Positions 1 to 7,973 of a DNA stretch of 32,000 nucleotides are shown in pieces. Position numbers and translations under genes: made by a program. This DNA is from Idiomarina loihiensis L2TR. Lineage in GTDB: Bacteria > Pseudomonadota > Gammaproteobacteria > Enterobacterales > Alteromonadaceae. Every line of letters starts with the position of its first letter. The stretch's first letter is position 1. The stretch spans positions 2,807,319 to 2,839,318 of the forward strand of contig NC_006512.1 of the NCBI RefSeq assembly GCF_000008465.1. Direction: 5' to 3'. The notes beneath the pieces were generated by a model. The model saw only the letters and a list, made by a program, of their open reading frames with translations. It searched no databases and was not told the DNA's origin.

Positions 1-1570
1 CATTATTAGCCCACCTCCTTACATTTTCTTGCCGTATTGAACCCGCTTTTTCAGACGCTTGATGTACTATAAAAAAATGATTGTCTTTACCAAACCCACT
101 ATCAAAATAATCCTTTGGCCAACTCAACGACTTTTTGAGTAGCTTTATCTCAATCTCGGATAGGTGTTCAACTACTGCTTTCGCAGAAGAAGCCATAACC
201 ACCTTTGTTGATAATGACTTTGCAGCATCCGAGGTATCAACCTCCATAAGGTAGAATTGGTGACCACTGACAGTCACCCTGGCCAACATCCAACACCTTG
301 GCGCTAAGTCATCCCGCATTAGGTGCATTTTGCATCGACCAACAGATGGCAGCTTTCTAAAGGCTAGACGCTCAACTCTGCAGTTATGATTAGTAACCAA
401 GTAGTTCAGCATTTTTGAAAAGCTTTCAAACTTACTATCGTACAAGTGCATATCATCAGTATTTTCGTCTAAACCATCCCATTCAGCACTAGGCAACTCA
501 CCCATAGGAGATTGTTCTTCTGTACTAACTAGACTGGATGCTTCGCTTCCGTCAGAATTGTCGCTGGAACCAACCTTTTTCCTTTTTCTTGCCGTTTTAT
601 GAGTATTTACCGCCTTTGCAAATTCAACTTTCGTTTTGACTCCATCAATTTGCACCGGATCATTTTCACCACTGGAGTCTTGATCCTCATCTACTTCATG
701 ATTAGGCGGTCGGTAATCTCCACCACGGGCACCCCTTCCACCACTCAGCTCAGGCACATAGAATTTGGGACTAAAGAACTCAACGTCACTAGGCACACCT
801 GTCGGAATACCTGTTAATTCAGTGATTTCATAAACCAACAAGGTATTAGTTTCTGTATCTAAATTTCCGCGAACTTTTAAATTAACTCCTTGAAGGGGAG
901 GAGGCTCAAACTCAAAGTTCCAAATCCTGTATGAGCCTCGGTTAAAGCCAGACTCTAGCTGCGCCTTACTGATACTTTCGTAGGAGAGCCGAGCATCGTT
1001 ATCTAAGAGAAGCCAAGCTAAGTAACGCCGGTAACCGGGATCTGAAAATACGTTATCGGGGCAGGTGCTATTTGGGAGCACAGTAATGACGGCATGCTCT
1101 GAATTAGTCGCATCATGCTCTACTGAAAACTCATTCTGCAGTATTCCGTGCTCCATACACGCACGAGAGAAGTAGGCATTATGAAAAAATAACGCCCTGG
1201 CTAATTCAAACTGCGGTAAATACACTGTCATGCCATCAGGTAAGGTTTTAACGAAACAACGAGACTTCCGCTCCTTTGGCAAATCTCGCTCTTTCGCAGG
1301 GCAGTCTTCTAGATTGCTTACTTCCCATTTTTGTAAGTTATCGACGGTGAACTCTATCTCAGAACCTTGTTTCCGAAATGGTCGCGTGGGATTAATAACA
1401 TTTTTTCTGACTAGAATTGGGGCTTGAGACAATAGAACACTATCGTTGCCTCTCGTTTTTCTTGGGTAAATACTTAGATTAATCCCCCATTGGCTTCCAT
1501 CAGTCCGTTTGAACACTGATCCAATACCATTTATCCAGGTGTTATCTTCAAACCCACCGAGCCTATCCAT
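1..1570 (-). CDS. tnsE: TnsE (Tn7 alternative target selector), C-terminus cut by the window edge
   Basis: My own translation: the minus strand is open from ATG at 1570 to position 1 (523 codons, no stop). It is absent from the ORF track because it is truncated. MDRLGGFEDNTW...TVYLPQFELARALFFHNAYFSRAC...RIWNFEFEPPPLQGVNLKVRG...LSTKVVMASS resembles Tn7 TnsE as I recall it, including the PQ(L/F)ELARALF block. It starts 3 nt after the tnsD stop. Confidence 0.85.
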   Translation of the reverse strand, partial: MDRLGGFEDNTWINGIGSVFKRTDGSQWGINLSIYPRKTRGNDSVLLSQAPILVRKNVINPTRPFRKQGSEIEFTVDNLQKWEVSNLEDCPAKERDLPKERKSRCFVKTLPDGMTVYLPQFELARALFFHNAYFSRACMEHGILQNEFSVEHDATNSEHAVITVLPNSTCPDNVFSDPGYRRYLAWLLLDNDARLSYESISKAQLESGFNRGSYRIWNFEFEPPPLQGVNLKVRGNLDTETNTLLVYEITELTGIPTGVPSDVEFFSPKFYVPELSGGRGARGGDYRPPNHEVDEDQDSSGENDPVQIDGVKTKVEFAKAVNTHKTARKRKKVGSSDNSDGSEASSLVSTEEQSPMGELPSAEWDGLDENTDDMHLYDSKFESFSKMLNYLVTNHNCRVERLAFRKLPSVGRCKMHLMRDDLAPRCWMLARVTVSGHQFYLMEVDTSDAAKSLSTKVVMASSAKAVVEHLSEIEIKLLKKSLSWPKDYFDSGFGKDNHFFIVHQASEKAGSIRQENVRRWANN

Positions 1571-1573
1571 CGC

Positions 1574-3082
1574 TTACAACCCCATTACCTCAGAAAGAAA
1601 CTCTCTTGCTTCTTCCGTTAAGCGCTCTTCACTAAGCCCAGCGCTACGCAAAACATCCCATCGTTTAAGGTGTTCACTTTGTTTATGCCGCTCAATCGCC
1701 ACGTGTGTTATGCGGCGGATCTGATAGTCCGCAATCGTTTCCGTGTATCTACTTAGAAACAGCTTACACAGGGGAAGCTTATATAAGTTTTTTTCCACCT
1801 TTGACTTATGATCCAACTGGTTAAAGTACCAGTTTCTTGATCTCCTAGGGCTCTCCAGCTTTATTTCAAAGCAGTCACGAATGGATATCAGAGCCTTTAA
1901 CAAGCCGCGATCAAATGAGCTCCAATTCACTCGTGTAGACAGTGCTGACCTTTTACACATCAACTTTGCATTAAGCGACAATAACCAAGCTCTATCGTGG
2001 CGATACAGCCAAGTATAGTCTCCTCCGGCACCTTCAAGGCGAGCCCTTTTCGTCCCTTTATTCTTTATCGCTTTAAGCCAAACTCTGCGCCGTTTAAGTA
2101 TTGTTAACTTATCAGCCTGGAGCATAAGGCTGTGAGTAACTGACTTTTCCGGCTCATATGATTTGACGTCTTTAATGACGTCATTTAACGCAATCGTATC
2201 TCCGAGAAATGCATGTAATACAACAAGGTGCTCAAGGTAACTGAAGCTTTTACGATGTTTTCTAAATAGGCTTCTTAGCCAGCATGTATCAGAGTCTATT
2301 AGTTTCAGGCCAACACTTTTCAACCAGCTTTCTGACCAATAGTTAGTGACTTTCCGAGCGACTTCTTCATGCTCTATATTGCAGCCTCTATTGAATCCAA
2401 AATCACAAGCAAGAGCTTTATAAAACAACCCCCATTGGATAACTGTTGGTACCGACTGCTCAGGCAGGTTCAAAATCGATGTAATGCTTGAATTCAAGAC
2501 ATTGCTCTGCCTATTCGTTTTGCTTTGCGGCTTACAAGAACATAAGTTTAGGTCTGCGGCCGTATACACATGGCGCTTATAAGAAGTCCGTCTTACTGCT
2601 GTTTCCTTTAGCTCCCCATGAATAGGACAGTAATCCATACCCGCAATTTGCCAGTCTCGTCGCCAGAAGCATTCGCCAAATTGATTCCATTGCTGTTCAA
2701 TGCATTTAGGGCAATATCGTAAGTAGTACGGTTGAGTAATTCGGGATGCGGCGAATCCTGACATGACATGTACCGAATGCACTTTATCGGCTAAAAGCTG
2801 CTTTTTCAGTTCTGTTCTTCGTGATTCGCCAATAAACAGAGCGTACAGAGGAAACAATGTATGTTTATAAAGCAAACTCTCAGGTTGAACGTTCAGCTGG
2901 CCTGGATATAGTTCCGCTACCTGCTCTAAATGACCGTGTAAGTCAGACGTAGCAATGATTGTGTTCTTCCCAAACACTTCGTGTAAGAGCTCTTTAGGTG
3001 AGGTTAAACCGCTGTGGATACCATAACGGGCTATCGTGCTATAGATAAGCTCATCGGGATAAGGAAGCGGAAAACCGAGCAT
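1574..3082 (-). CDS. tnsD: TnsD (TniQ-family attTn7/glmS-recognising target selector)
   Basis: 502 aa. The N-terminus MLGFPLPYPDELIYSTIARYGIHSG matches Tn7 TnsD MRNFPVPYSNELIYSTIARAG. Cys/His zinc-finger block YCPKC...CPIHG. Conserved FRKHRKSFSYLEH, YTWLYRHDR and DYQIRRI blocks. Abuts the tnsC stop with no gap. Confidence 0.93.
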   Translation of the reverse strand: MLGFPLPYPDELIYSTIARYGIHSGLTSPKELLHEVFGKNTIIATSDLHGHLEQVAELYPGQLNVQPESLLYKHTLFPLYALFIGESRRTELKKQLLADKVHSVHVMSGFAASRITQPYYLRYCPKCIEQQWNQFGECFWRRDWQIAGMDYCPIHGELKETAVRRTSYKRHVYTAADLNLCSCKPQSKTNRQSNVLNSSITSILNLPEQSVPTVIQWGLFYKALACDFGFNRGCNIEHEEVARKVTNYWSESWLKSVGLKLIDSDTCWLRSLFRKHRKSFSYLEHLVVLHAFLGDTIALNDVIKDVKSYEPEKSVTHSLMLQADKLTILKRRRVWLKAIKNKGTKRARLEGAGGDYTWLYRHDRAWLLSLNAKLMCKRSALSTRVNWSSFDRGLLKALISIRDCFEIKLESPRRSRNWYFNQLDHKSKVEKNLYKLPLCKLFLSRYTETIADYQIRRITHVAIERHKQSEHLKRWDVLRSAGLSEERLTEEAREFLSEVMGL

Positions 3083-4750
3083 CTATCCCACCTGTTTTAA
3101 CCTAGCTTCCATATCGAAAATGTCACGGCCTACTGCAAGCTCACCATAAAACTGACTTTTCCGTTGTGAGTATTTAAAGCGTAAATCATCGGATGGAAGG
3201 GTGTGCCATTCTTTTGACTTTATTGTTTTTGCCTTCGGTTTGGACTTTTGCACTGCCGTAGGCTCTTGCTCCGTTTTATACCACTCGAGAACGATACGAG
3301 TTAACTCCGGCAGCTCAAGCTCAGAATGTTCACTGAAAACTTTCTCAACCAGCGCCGGCAGCAAGTCAGATTCGCAGCCCATCGCCTGGAGCATATTATA
3401 AAGCCTTAAAGCTTTTTCATTATTGCCAAACGACACCTCTTTTTTCTTCTCTTCCTGCTCCTGTGCAATTAGGTTTCTGAGTTCAAGTAAGCGCTTATCT
3501 ATTGAGGGTAAGTGTAAGTCCGAGTATTTCACTATCAAGTCAGCATCATTGCGTCTCAAGGCTTCAAGCATTGGGTGAACAGGAATAAGTTCTTGTTCAT
3601 AAACTTTTCGAAGTAAGTCTGCGGTAATACGTTCAAGGCCCGTCGCTATTGCCCGCATTTGAGCCAATACAAAAATCTTCACGACGATATCTAAAACGCC
3701 TTGTGATAGGTCATACCAACAGTCTCGAACTTCGTCACTGAGCGTTTCATCTCGTCGCTCTAGCCACTGGTACTTCCATAGTTTATTAGTAAAGGCCTCC
3801 CATTCGCTCAGCTTTGGCTCTCCCGTTTTAGGGTGGTATCGACGAGTGCCTCGTTGCATTGGTTCCCAAAACAATGAACCAAATCCAGCGCTTCTTCTCC
3901 CAGCCTGCAGCTCCATTTCAAAGATCGGCCTGGCTTTTGGTGTTCCAACTAATACAACCGGAACACCGATGACGTTTACCAACGCAACAAAGAACTCAAG
4001 CATAGCTTCTTTACTTAAAGTACCTTTCAACCCTAGTCTTTGAATTTCATCGATAACAAGAACACCAATCGCTTTTTGAGTAGCTACTTGCCCCATCAAA
4101 GCCAGGAGAACTTCAGGCCCATGACGTTTTCGAACATACTTTTTCTCATAGCCTGTCTGAAGCGTCCGGTCGACTTCACGGAAAAAGTTCAAACATAAGC
4201 TTTTAAGAGAACCATCACTCGGGCATTCAATGCGCAGGTAGGGGAGTTGAATAAAATTATAGTCCGGATGGAAAATCACCTCAGGATAAGTAGCGAGTAT
4301 ACGGTTAACTGTGGTGCTTTTCCCTGACCCTGAACAGCCTATCAGGGACAAACATTTAGCCGTTGAATTCGACTGTGAAAAACGAAAGTCACTCGTCGCC
4401 CCCTCCATTATGCGCTGATATCCCTCCTGCATTTTTTTGTTAAGGGAGCCATCTGCAGGGTTACGACCAACGTAACCCGCCCGAATCATGATTGACAACT
4501 TCTCCTCTAACTGTAAATGCATTGATAGAGGTTGAAAGAAATCATCCAGCAAAGACGCTATGTTATGGGCTCTTTCTTGAGGCTCTGCAAATCGATTTTC
4601 TTGGTCGAACCGGACTTTTCCGGTGAGGCTATTTCGAAGTGTTTTGCGATCCATTATCGGAGGCAGAGCTTCAATCAGCGGGTTGCCCTGATAGCGCTCA
4701 GGTTTAAGAGGCCTGTAAACCGCTGAAACGTAATTATTGGGTAGCGGCAT
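3083..4750 (-). CDS. tnsC: TnsC (AAA+ ATPase transposition regulator)
   Basis: 555 aa, the length I recall for Tn7 TnsC. Walker A GCSGSGKST and Walker B VLVIDEIQ. The start ATG shares one base with the tnsB stop (TAATG). Confidence 0.93.
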   Translation of the reverse strand: MPLPNNYVSAVYRPLKPERYQGNPLIEALPPIMDRKTLRNSLTGKVRFDQENRFAEPQERAHNIASLLDDFFQPLSMHLQLEEKLSIMIRAGYVGRNPADGSLNKKMQEGYQRIMEGATSDFRFSQSNSTAKCLSLIGCSGSGKSTTVNRILATYPEVIFHPDYNFIQLPYLRIECPSDGSLKSLCLNFFREVDRTLQTGYEKKYVRKRHGPEVLLALMGQVATQKAIGVLVIDEIQRLGLKGTLSKEAMLEFFVALVNVIGVPVVLVGTPKARPIFEMELQAGRRSAGFGSLFWEPMQRGTRRYHPKTGEPKLSEWEAFTNKLWKYQWLERRDETLSDEVRDCWYDLSQGVLDIVVKIFVLAQMRAIATGLERITADLLRKVYEQELIPVHPMLEALRRNDADLIVKYSDLHLPSIDKRLLELRNLIAQEQEEKKKEVSFGNNEKALRLYNMLQAMGCESDLLPALVEKVFSEHSELELPELTRIVLEWYKTEQEPTAVQKSKPKAKTIKSKEWHTLPSDDLRFKYSQRKSQFYGELAVGRDIFDMEARLKQVG

Positions 4751-6828
4751 TAATCGTCATCCTCAAAGAGTTCATCAATATAATCCGGATAATCAAGGTC
4801 AGGGCTGCTTTCCTTAAGAGGGATAACATCAGCTGATTTATTACCCGACTGAGCATTTTTAGGTGCTTTGCTTTTACGCTCTAATCTTTTTTCACTAGAC
4901 CGGTTGTCATTGATAGCTCTTATTCGCTCCGCTTTTGGCCGATCAGAGCGAGCGGGGGAATCAGATACAGTCTGAGAAATCTTATCAAGCACAAATTCTT
5001 CATGTTCTCGACGGCTTTCTTTAGCTGCTAACTTTGCTTTTGCAGCAACTTTCTTCTGCTCTTCTTGAAGTTGCCAAACATCCCAAAATGATGAGCCTCG
5101 GTATTGACGAGAAATTTCAGTCAGGCTGCACTTCCAGTACTTGTTGCTTCCTTTTTCATAAAAGAGATAAATACTGTCTGCACTCAACGGATCATATGCC
5201 GCCATCATCTTTTTAGGTCGTTTCACATCACGACCCCGATGCGTCCAACCTAACCGGACGATCTCTGAAGCAGTATAATACAAGCCAAATAACCCCACAC
5301 CGCGCTCTGAAAGCGTTACCTCACTCCTGGGAAGCAGTGCAATTTTAAGTGCATCACTATCAGTCTGGCGGAGACGCCCAGTACGATTTTGAATACCCCA
5401 GTTCCAAAGGTGAATGGGAGTACTCGGTAAGTCCGTTGGCATATCAACTTCCCGATCGTATTTATCAAGTACCGCAAATTGATTGTGTTGCAGCACTGAC
5501 GACAAAACAATTTGAGTGAAGTCTGTAATCGTTAGCTTGGCATCAAGACGGTAATCTGAGCCTCCACGCTTTTTCACCAAATTACCGGTTACATAACCAG
5601 GCACAAACGGACCAAAAGATTCGTGCATTGTTTTAAAATGCCTTTCGACAATACCTTTGGCTTCGCCTCGATACGGTGGAGTATTTTCTATTCGCATAGA
5701 AAAACTACTCTCTAAATTTTCAATCTGATGACCAAGTAATTCCCCTCTATCGGCCAGGAGGGCATCAGGCAAACCAATACATGGCCACTCATCGTCCGTG
5801 ATATCAAAACCAAGCTCGCGACAATAGTCTGACTTACTGCTTATCGCTACGTGCAATGCCTGAAGCGCAGCGGCGTATGAGGGGTTTTCAAAACCGATAT
5901 AAAATCCAGCCACCATTCGACTGAATACATCGATAACCATGTAAACAACCGGACGCCCAACGATATTGCCCCTGTCGGAATCAGAAACCAGATAAACATC
6001 CGCTATCGTCGCATCAATTTCATAACGAGAGCCGGGTCCCAAAGCTTGCGATGCTGCAGTTCCGTGTAACGGTCGTATATCTTTGCTGTAGTCTTTCTTC
6101 GATATCCTTTTTTGCAGCGCTTCCGTTTGATTATATTCTCGTTTATAGAAATGACGCAGCTGCCATAAGCTTGGTAGATTTTCCTCAGCAACATCCGGAA
6201 AGTAGTTGTGATACATGGTTTCTAAGCGACGATGTGCATAGGGAAATGAATGCCTCTTGTCGCTTAAAATATACTTATCAATCGCTATCCGAAATAACCG
6301 TTCAGTTTGTTCATCAACAATTGCTCCCGTGCCTGGTAAATACTTACGCGGGCGGCCTAATTTTTTTCCTTTGGCGACACGCTTTTTGCCCTTGCCACCA
6401 GAATTCTTGTAGTCAGGCAGTAAGGCATTAGGTATTTGTCCCCGTTGCCAATATCTCCGCGCTAGTCGGTAAACCGTCTGCTTTGTCGTACCAAACTCAC
6501 TAACAATTTTATCAACTACTGGTCCTCGCCTTTTCGGATTATAAAAGTCAGTTAGTTCAATCAAAGGCCTCAACACCGCAAAATTCTTATCCCGTTTATC
6601 ACGGGCAACGGTTCCCTCGCCCGGCGATTCATATGCAAGGTAGTTATACGGGTCGTCTATACGCTCAAAAGCGTCATCATCAATTGTCTTATAAATTTCG
6701 CTGATAAGAATTAACTCGGGCAGTGCTTTTTCATCGTCCAGACTTATCCAGACGAGTTGTTCATCAAGACTTTCGAGAATGCGAAAGCGCTCATCGTGAA
6801 ACTTAACTACTTCATTGATTCGAAACAC
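4750..6828 (-). CDS. tnsB: TnsB (DDE transposase, 3'-end cleavage/joining)
   Basis: 692 aa. Near-collinear with Tn7 TnsB as recalled: YRLARRYWQRGQIPNALLPDYKNSG, SQALGPGSRYEIDATIADVYLV, LLADRGE, GEAKGIVERHF (DDE triad contexts present). Confidence 0.95.
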   Translation of the reverse strand: MFRINEVVKFHDERFRILESLDEQLVWISLDDEKALPELILISEIYKTIDDDAFERIDDPYNYLAYESPGEGTVARDKRDKNFAVLRPLIELTDFYNPKRRGPVVDKIVSEFGTTKQTVYRLARRYWQRGQIPNALLPDYKNSGGKGKKRVAKGKKLGRPRKYLPGTGAIVDEQTERLFRIAIDKYILSDKRHSFPYAHRRLETMYHNYFPDVAEENLPSLWQLRHFYKREYNQTEALQKRISKKDYSKDIRPLHGTAASQALGPGSRYEIDATIADVYLVSDSDRGNIVGRPVVYMVIDVFSRMVAGFYIGFENPSYAAALQALHVAISSKSDYCRELGFDITDDEWPCIGLPDALLADRGELLGHQIENLESSFSMRIENTPPYRGEAKGIVERHFKTMHESFGPFVPGYVTGNLVKKRGGSDYRLDAKLTITDFTQIVLSSVLQHNQFAVLDKYDREVDMPTDLPSTPIHLWNWGIQNRTGRLRQTDSDALKIALLPRSEVTLSERGVGLFGLYYTASEIVRLGWTHRGRDVKRPKKMMAAYDPLSADSIYLFYEKGSNKYWKCSLTEISRQYRGSSFWDVWQLQEEQKKVAAKAKLAAKESRREHEEFVLDKISQTVSDSPARSDRPKAERIRAINDNRSSEKRLERKSKAPKNAQSGNKSADVIPLKESSPDLDYPDYIDELFEDDD

Positions 6829-7639
6829 GATATGCCTCCTTGATAAAACTTAAGTCAGAGGCACGCAAAGCGCCAACCTTTAACTTCGTTATGGGAGTAA
6901 AAATATCAAATTCAAAGTAACGCTTAGCTAAAAGACGCCGAATCTCATACAACGACTCGCCAGCATTTAAACCATAACTGGTATCGAGTTTCTTACACAG
7001 TGAAATGATGGTTTGATTGGGATTTTGCGTGAACTGATGTTGATAAAACTCTATCTGCTCAGACGCTAATTCATCATCTTCTTCTGAGCGGCTAGCAGGA
7101 TATAACCAGTTTACGTTCTTGCTAACTTCCTTGGGTATCTGATGATCGGTTATCAGGTACCAAGGCACACCTTTCTCCATCCAGTACCTGCGCTCCAATT
7201 CAAGTTTCTCAACCGTACGCTCATCATCTAGTGCACTCGCATACTTGGCCTGAAATACTAATCTTGGGGTTTCTTCATTTGACGAGTCGACTAGAAAGTC
7301 GCTCGACATGAAATGGTCAAAGCCATTTTGTGCTGGATGCTTAATACCTGCATCGGCAGCAAGTTGCTTAGTAAGGGTTCGGTCTAATGGGAACTGTTCA
7401 CGTACTTGGGTAACATCGGGTAGCCACTCGAGAAGAAGAAAAACTGAGAGCTCTAGATCGGACAGTAAGTGATGGGTTCGTCTGGACTTGTGGCCAAATA
7501 CTCGATGAACACGGCCAAGGGAGGGCAAATCTCGAACAGTCAGCCAAGGTCGATATTCTTCATTCTGGCCGCTACCGCGCCCTTCCTTTATCCATTTTAA
7601 GAAAGTCGCTTCGGAAATTAGGTTCTTCTTCGTTGCCAT
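6812..7639 (-). CDS. tnsA: TnsA (endonuclease-like transposase subunit, 5'-end cleavage)
   Basis: 275 aa. IKEGRGSGQNEEYRPWLTV, HHLLSDLELSVFLLLEW, MSSDFLVD, QAKYASALDDERTVEKLELERRYW match the Tn7 TnsA catalytic-residue contexts (E, D, K). SD GGGGG lies 6 nt upstream of the ATG. Overlaps tnsB by 17 nt. Confidence 0.95.
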   Translation of the reverse strand: MATKKNLISEATFLKWIKEGRGSGQNEEYRPWLTVRDLPSLGRVHRVFGHKSRRTHHLLSDLELSVFLLLEWLPDVTQVREQFPLDRTLTKQLAADAGIKHPAQNGFDHFMSSDFLVDSSNEETPRLVFQAKYASALDDERTVEKLELERRYWMEKGVPWYLITDHQIPKEVSKNVNWLYPASRSEEDDELASEQIEFYQHQFTQNPNQTIISLCKKLDTSYGLNAGESLYEIRRLLAKRYFEFDIFTPITKLKVGALRASDLSFIKEAYRVSNQ

Positions 7640-7650
7640 TACGAACCCCC

Positions 7651-7669
7651 TGACTTAGACATTAAGTCA
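7651..7669. promoter_or_regulatory. Perfect 7-bp inverted repeat TGACTTA-N5-TAAGTCA at the predicted tnsA transcription start; candidate operator
   Basis: Read directly: tgacttagacattaagtca. A third related half-site, tagtcag, lies at 7673-7679. Confidence 0.3.
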
Positions 7670-7697
7670 TACTAGTCAGTGAGTTAATGGTATGCAA
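7669..7697 (-). promoter_or_regulatory. Predicted sigma70 promoter of the tnsABCDE operon
   Basis: The minus strand reads TTGCAT (7697-7692), a 17-nt spacer, then TAGTAT (7674-7669), about 30 nt upstream of the tnsA ATG. Sequence-only prediction. Confidence 0.4.
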
Positions 7698-7709
7698 CTT
7701 TACGTTTTA
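7690..7709 (-). promoter_or_regulatory. TnsB-binding-site-like motif overlapping the -35 of the predicted tnsA promoter
   Basis: gtatgcaactttacg matches the terminal repeat gtatgaatctttatt at 12 of 15 positions, in the same orientation as the right-end repeats. Confidence 0.35.
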
Positions 7710-7802
7710 ACCTGCTATCAAATCGCTACACAAAAATAGCTTTATTAAGTTTATGAACATGAAAAAACGGATGTGTATTTATTCGAAAATCAAAATAAAA
7801 CA

Positions 7803-7831
7803 TTGACTTCTGGATGTTTATACAGTAGTGT
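7803..7831 (+). promoter_or_regulatory. Predicted sigma70 promoter for orf175
   Basis: TTGACT (7803-7808), a 17-nt spacer, then TAGTGT (7826-7831). AT-rich tract upstream. Divergent from tnsA. Confidence 0.45.
7808..7827. promoter_or_regulatory. LexA (SOS) box-like site filling the promoter spacer
   Basis: The minus strand reads TACTGTATAAACATCCAGAA, i.e. CTGT-N8-CCAG. 16 of 20 positions match TACTGTATATATATACAGTA. It is of the CCAG type I recall for E. coli uvrB/dinB boxes. Confidence 0.5.
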
Positions 7832-7973
7832 GGCTCTGATTGGTTTTTTCCGATCAAGGTAGGCTTTTACGTAATTTTAGTAACAGCTTTGAACTATTAC
7901 TAATAGAAGGAAGAAAAAATGTTTTTCTTAAAACTCTTCTCAATAACGACATACCTATTATAAGGAGGTAAAT

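Noticed and set aside
599-1724. Plus-strand ORFs of 65-72 aa (599-817, 1230-1427, 1509-1724) listed in the ORF track
   Set aside because: They lie antisense to the long uninterrupted minus-strand tnsE frame, which has clear similarity to TnsE. They have low-complexity, non-protein-like sequences and no SD.
6051-6431. 126-aa plus-strand ORF inside tnsB, and similar nested or antisense ORFs elsewhere (e.g. 11501-11830, 14878-15491, 17009-17308, 24418-24825, 26557-27015, 28688-29579)
   Set aside because: All are embedded in or antisense to strongly conserved genes. Their sequences are Cys/Ser/Arg-rich shadow frames with no translation signals that I could see.
7707-7737. Possible relic inner right end (ctacaca followed by aaaa, resembling the true terminus ccaccaca followed by aaaaaaa). 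This would imply tandem or nested Tn7-like insertions, with 7733-9351 as a mini-element.
   Set aside because: Only 11 of 26 positions match the real terminal 26-mer. The spacing of the two TnsB-like motifs (25 bp, with 17 bp to the putative end) differs from the real end (20 bp and 25 bp). No left-end-like sequence (TGTGG plus AATAAAG repeats on the plus strand) follows at 7733-7800.
7753-7806. 17-codon basic mini-ORF (MNMKKRMCIYSKIKIKH) upstream of the orf175 promoter
   Set aside because: It has no SD, lies upstream of the predicted promoter, and is AT-rich sequence better explained as an UP-element-like tract.
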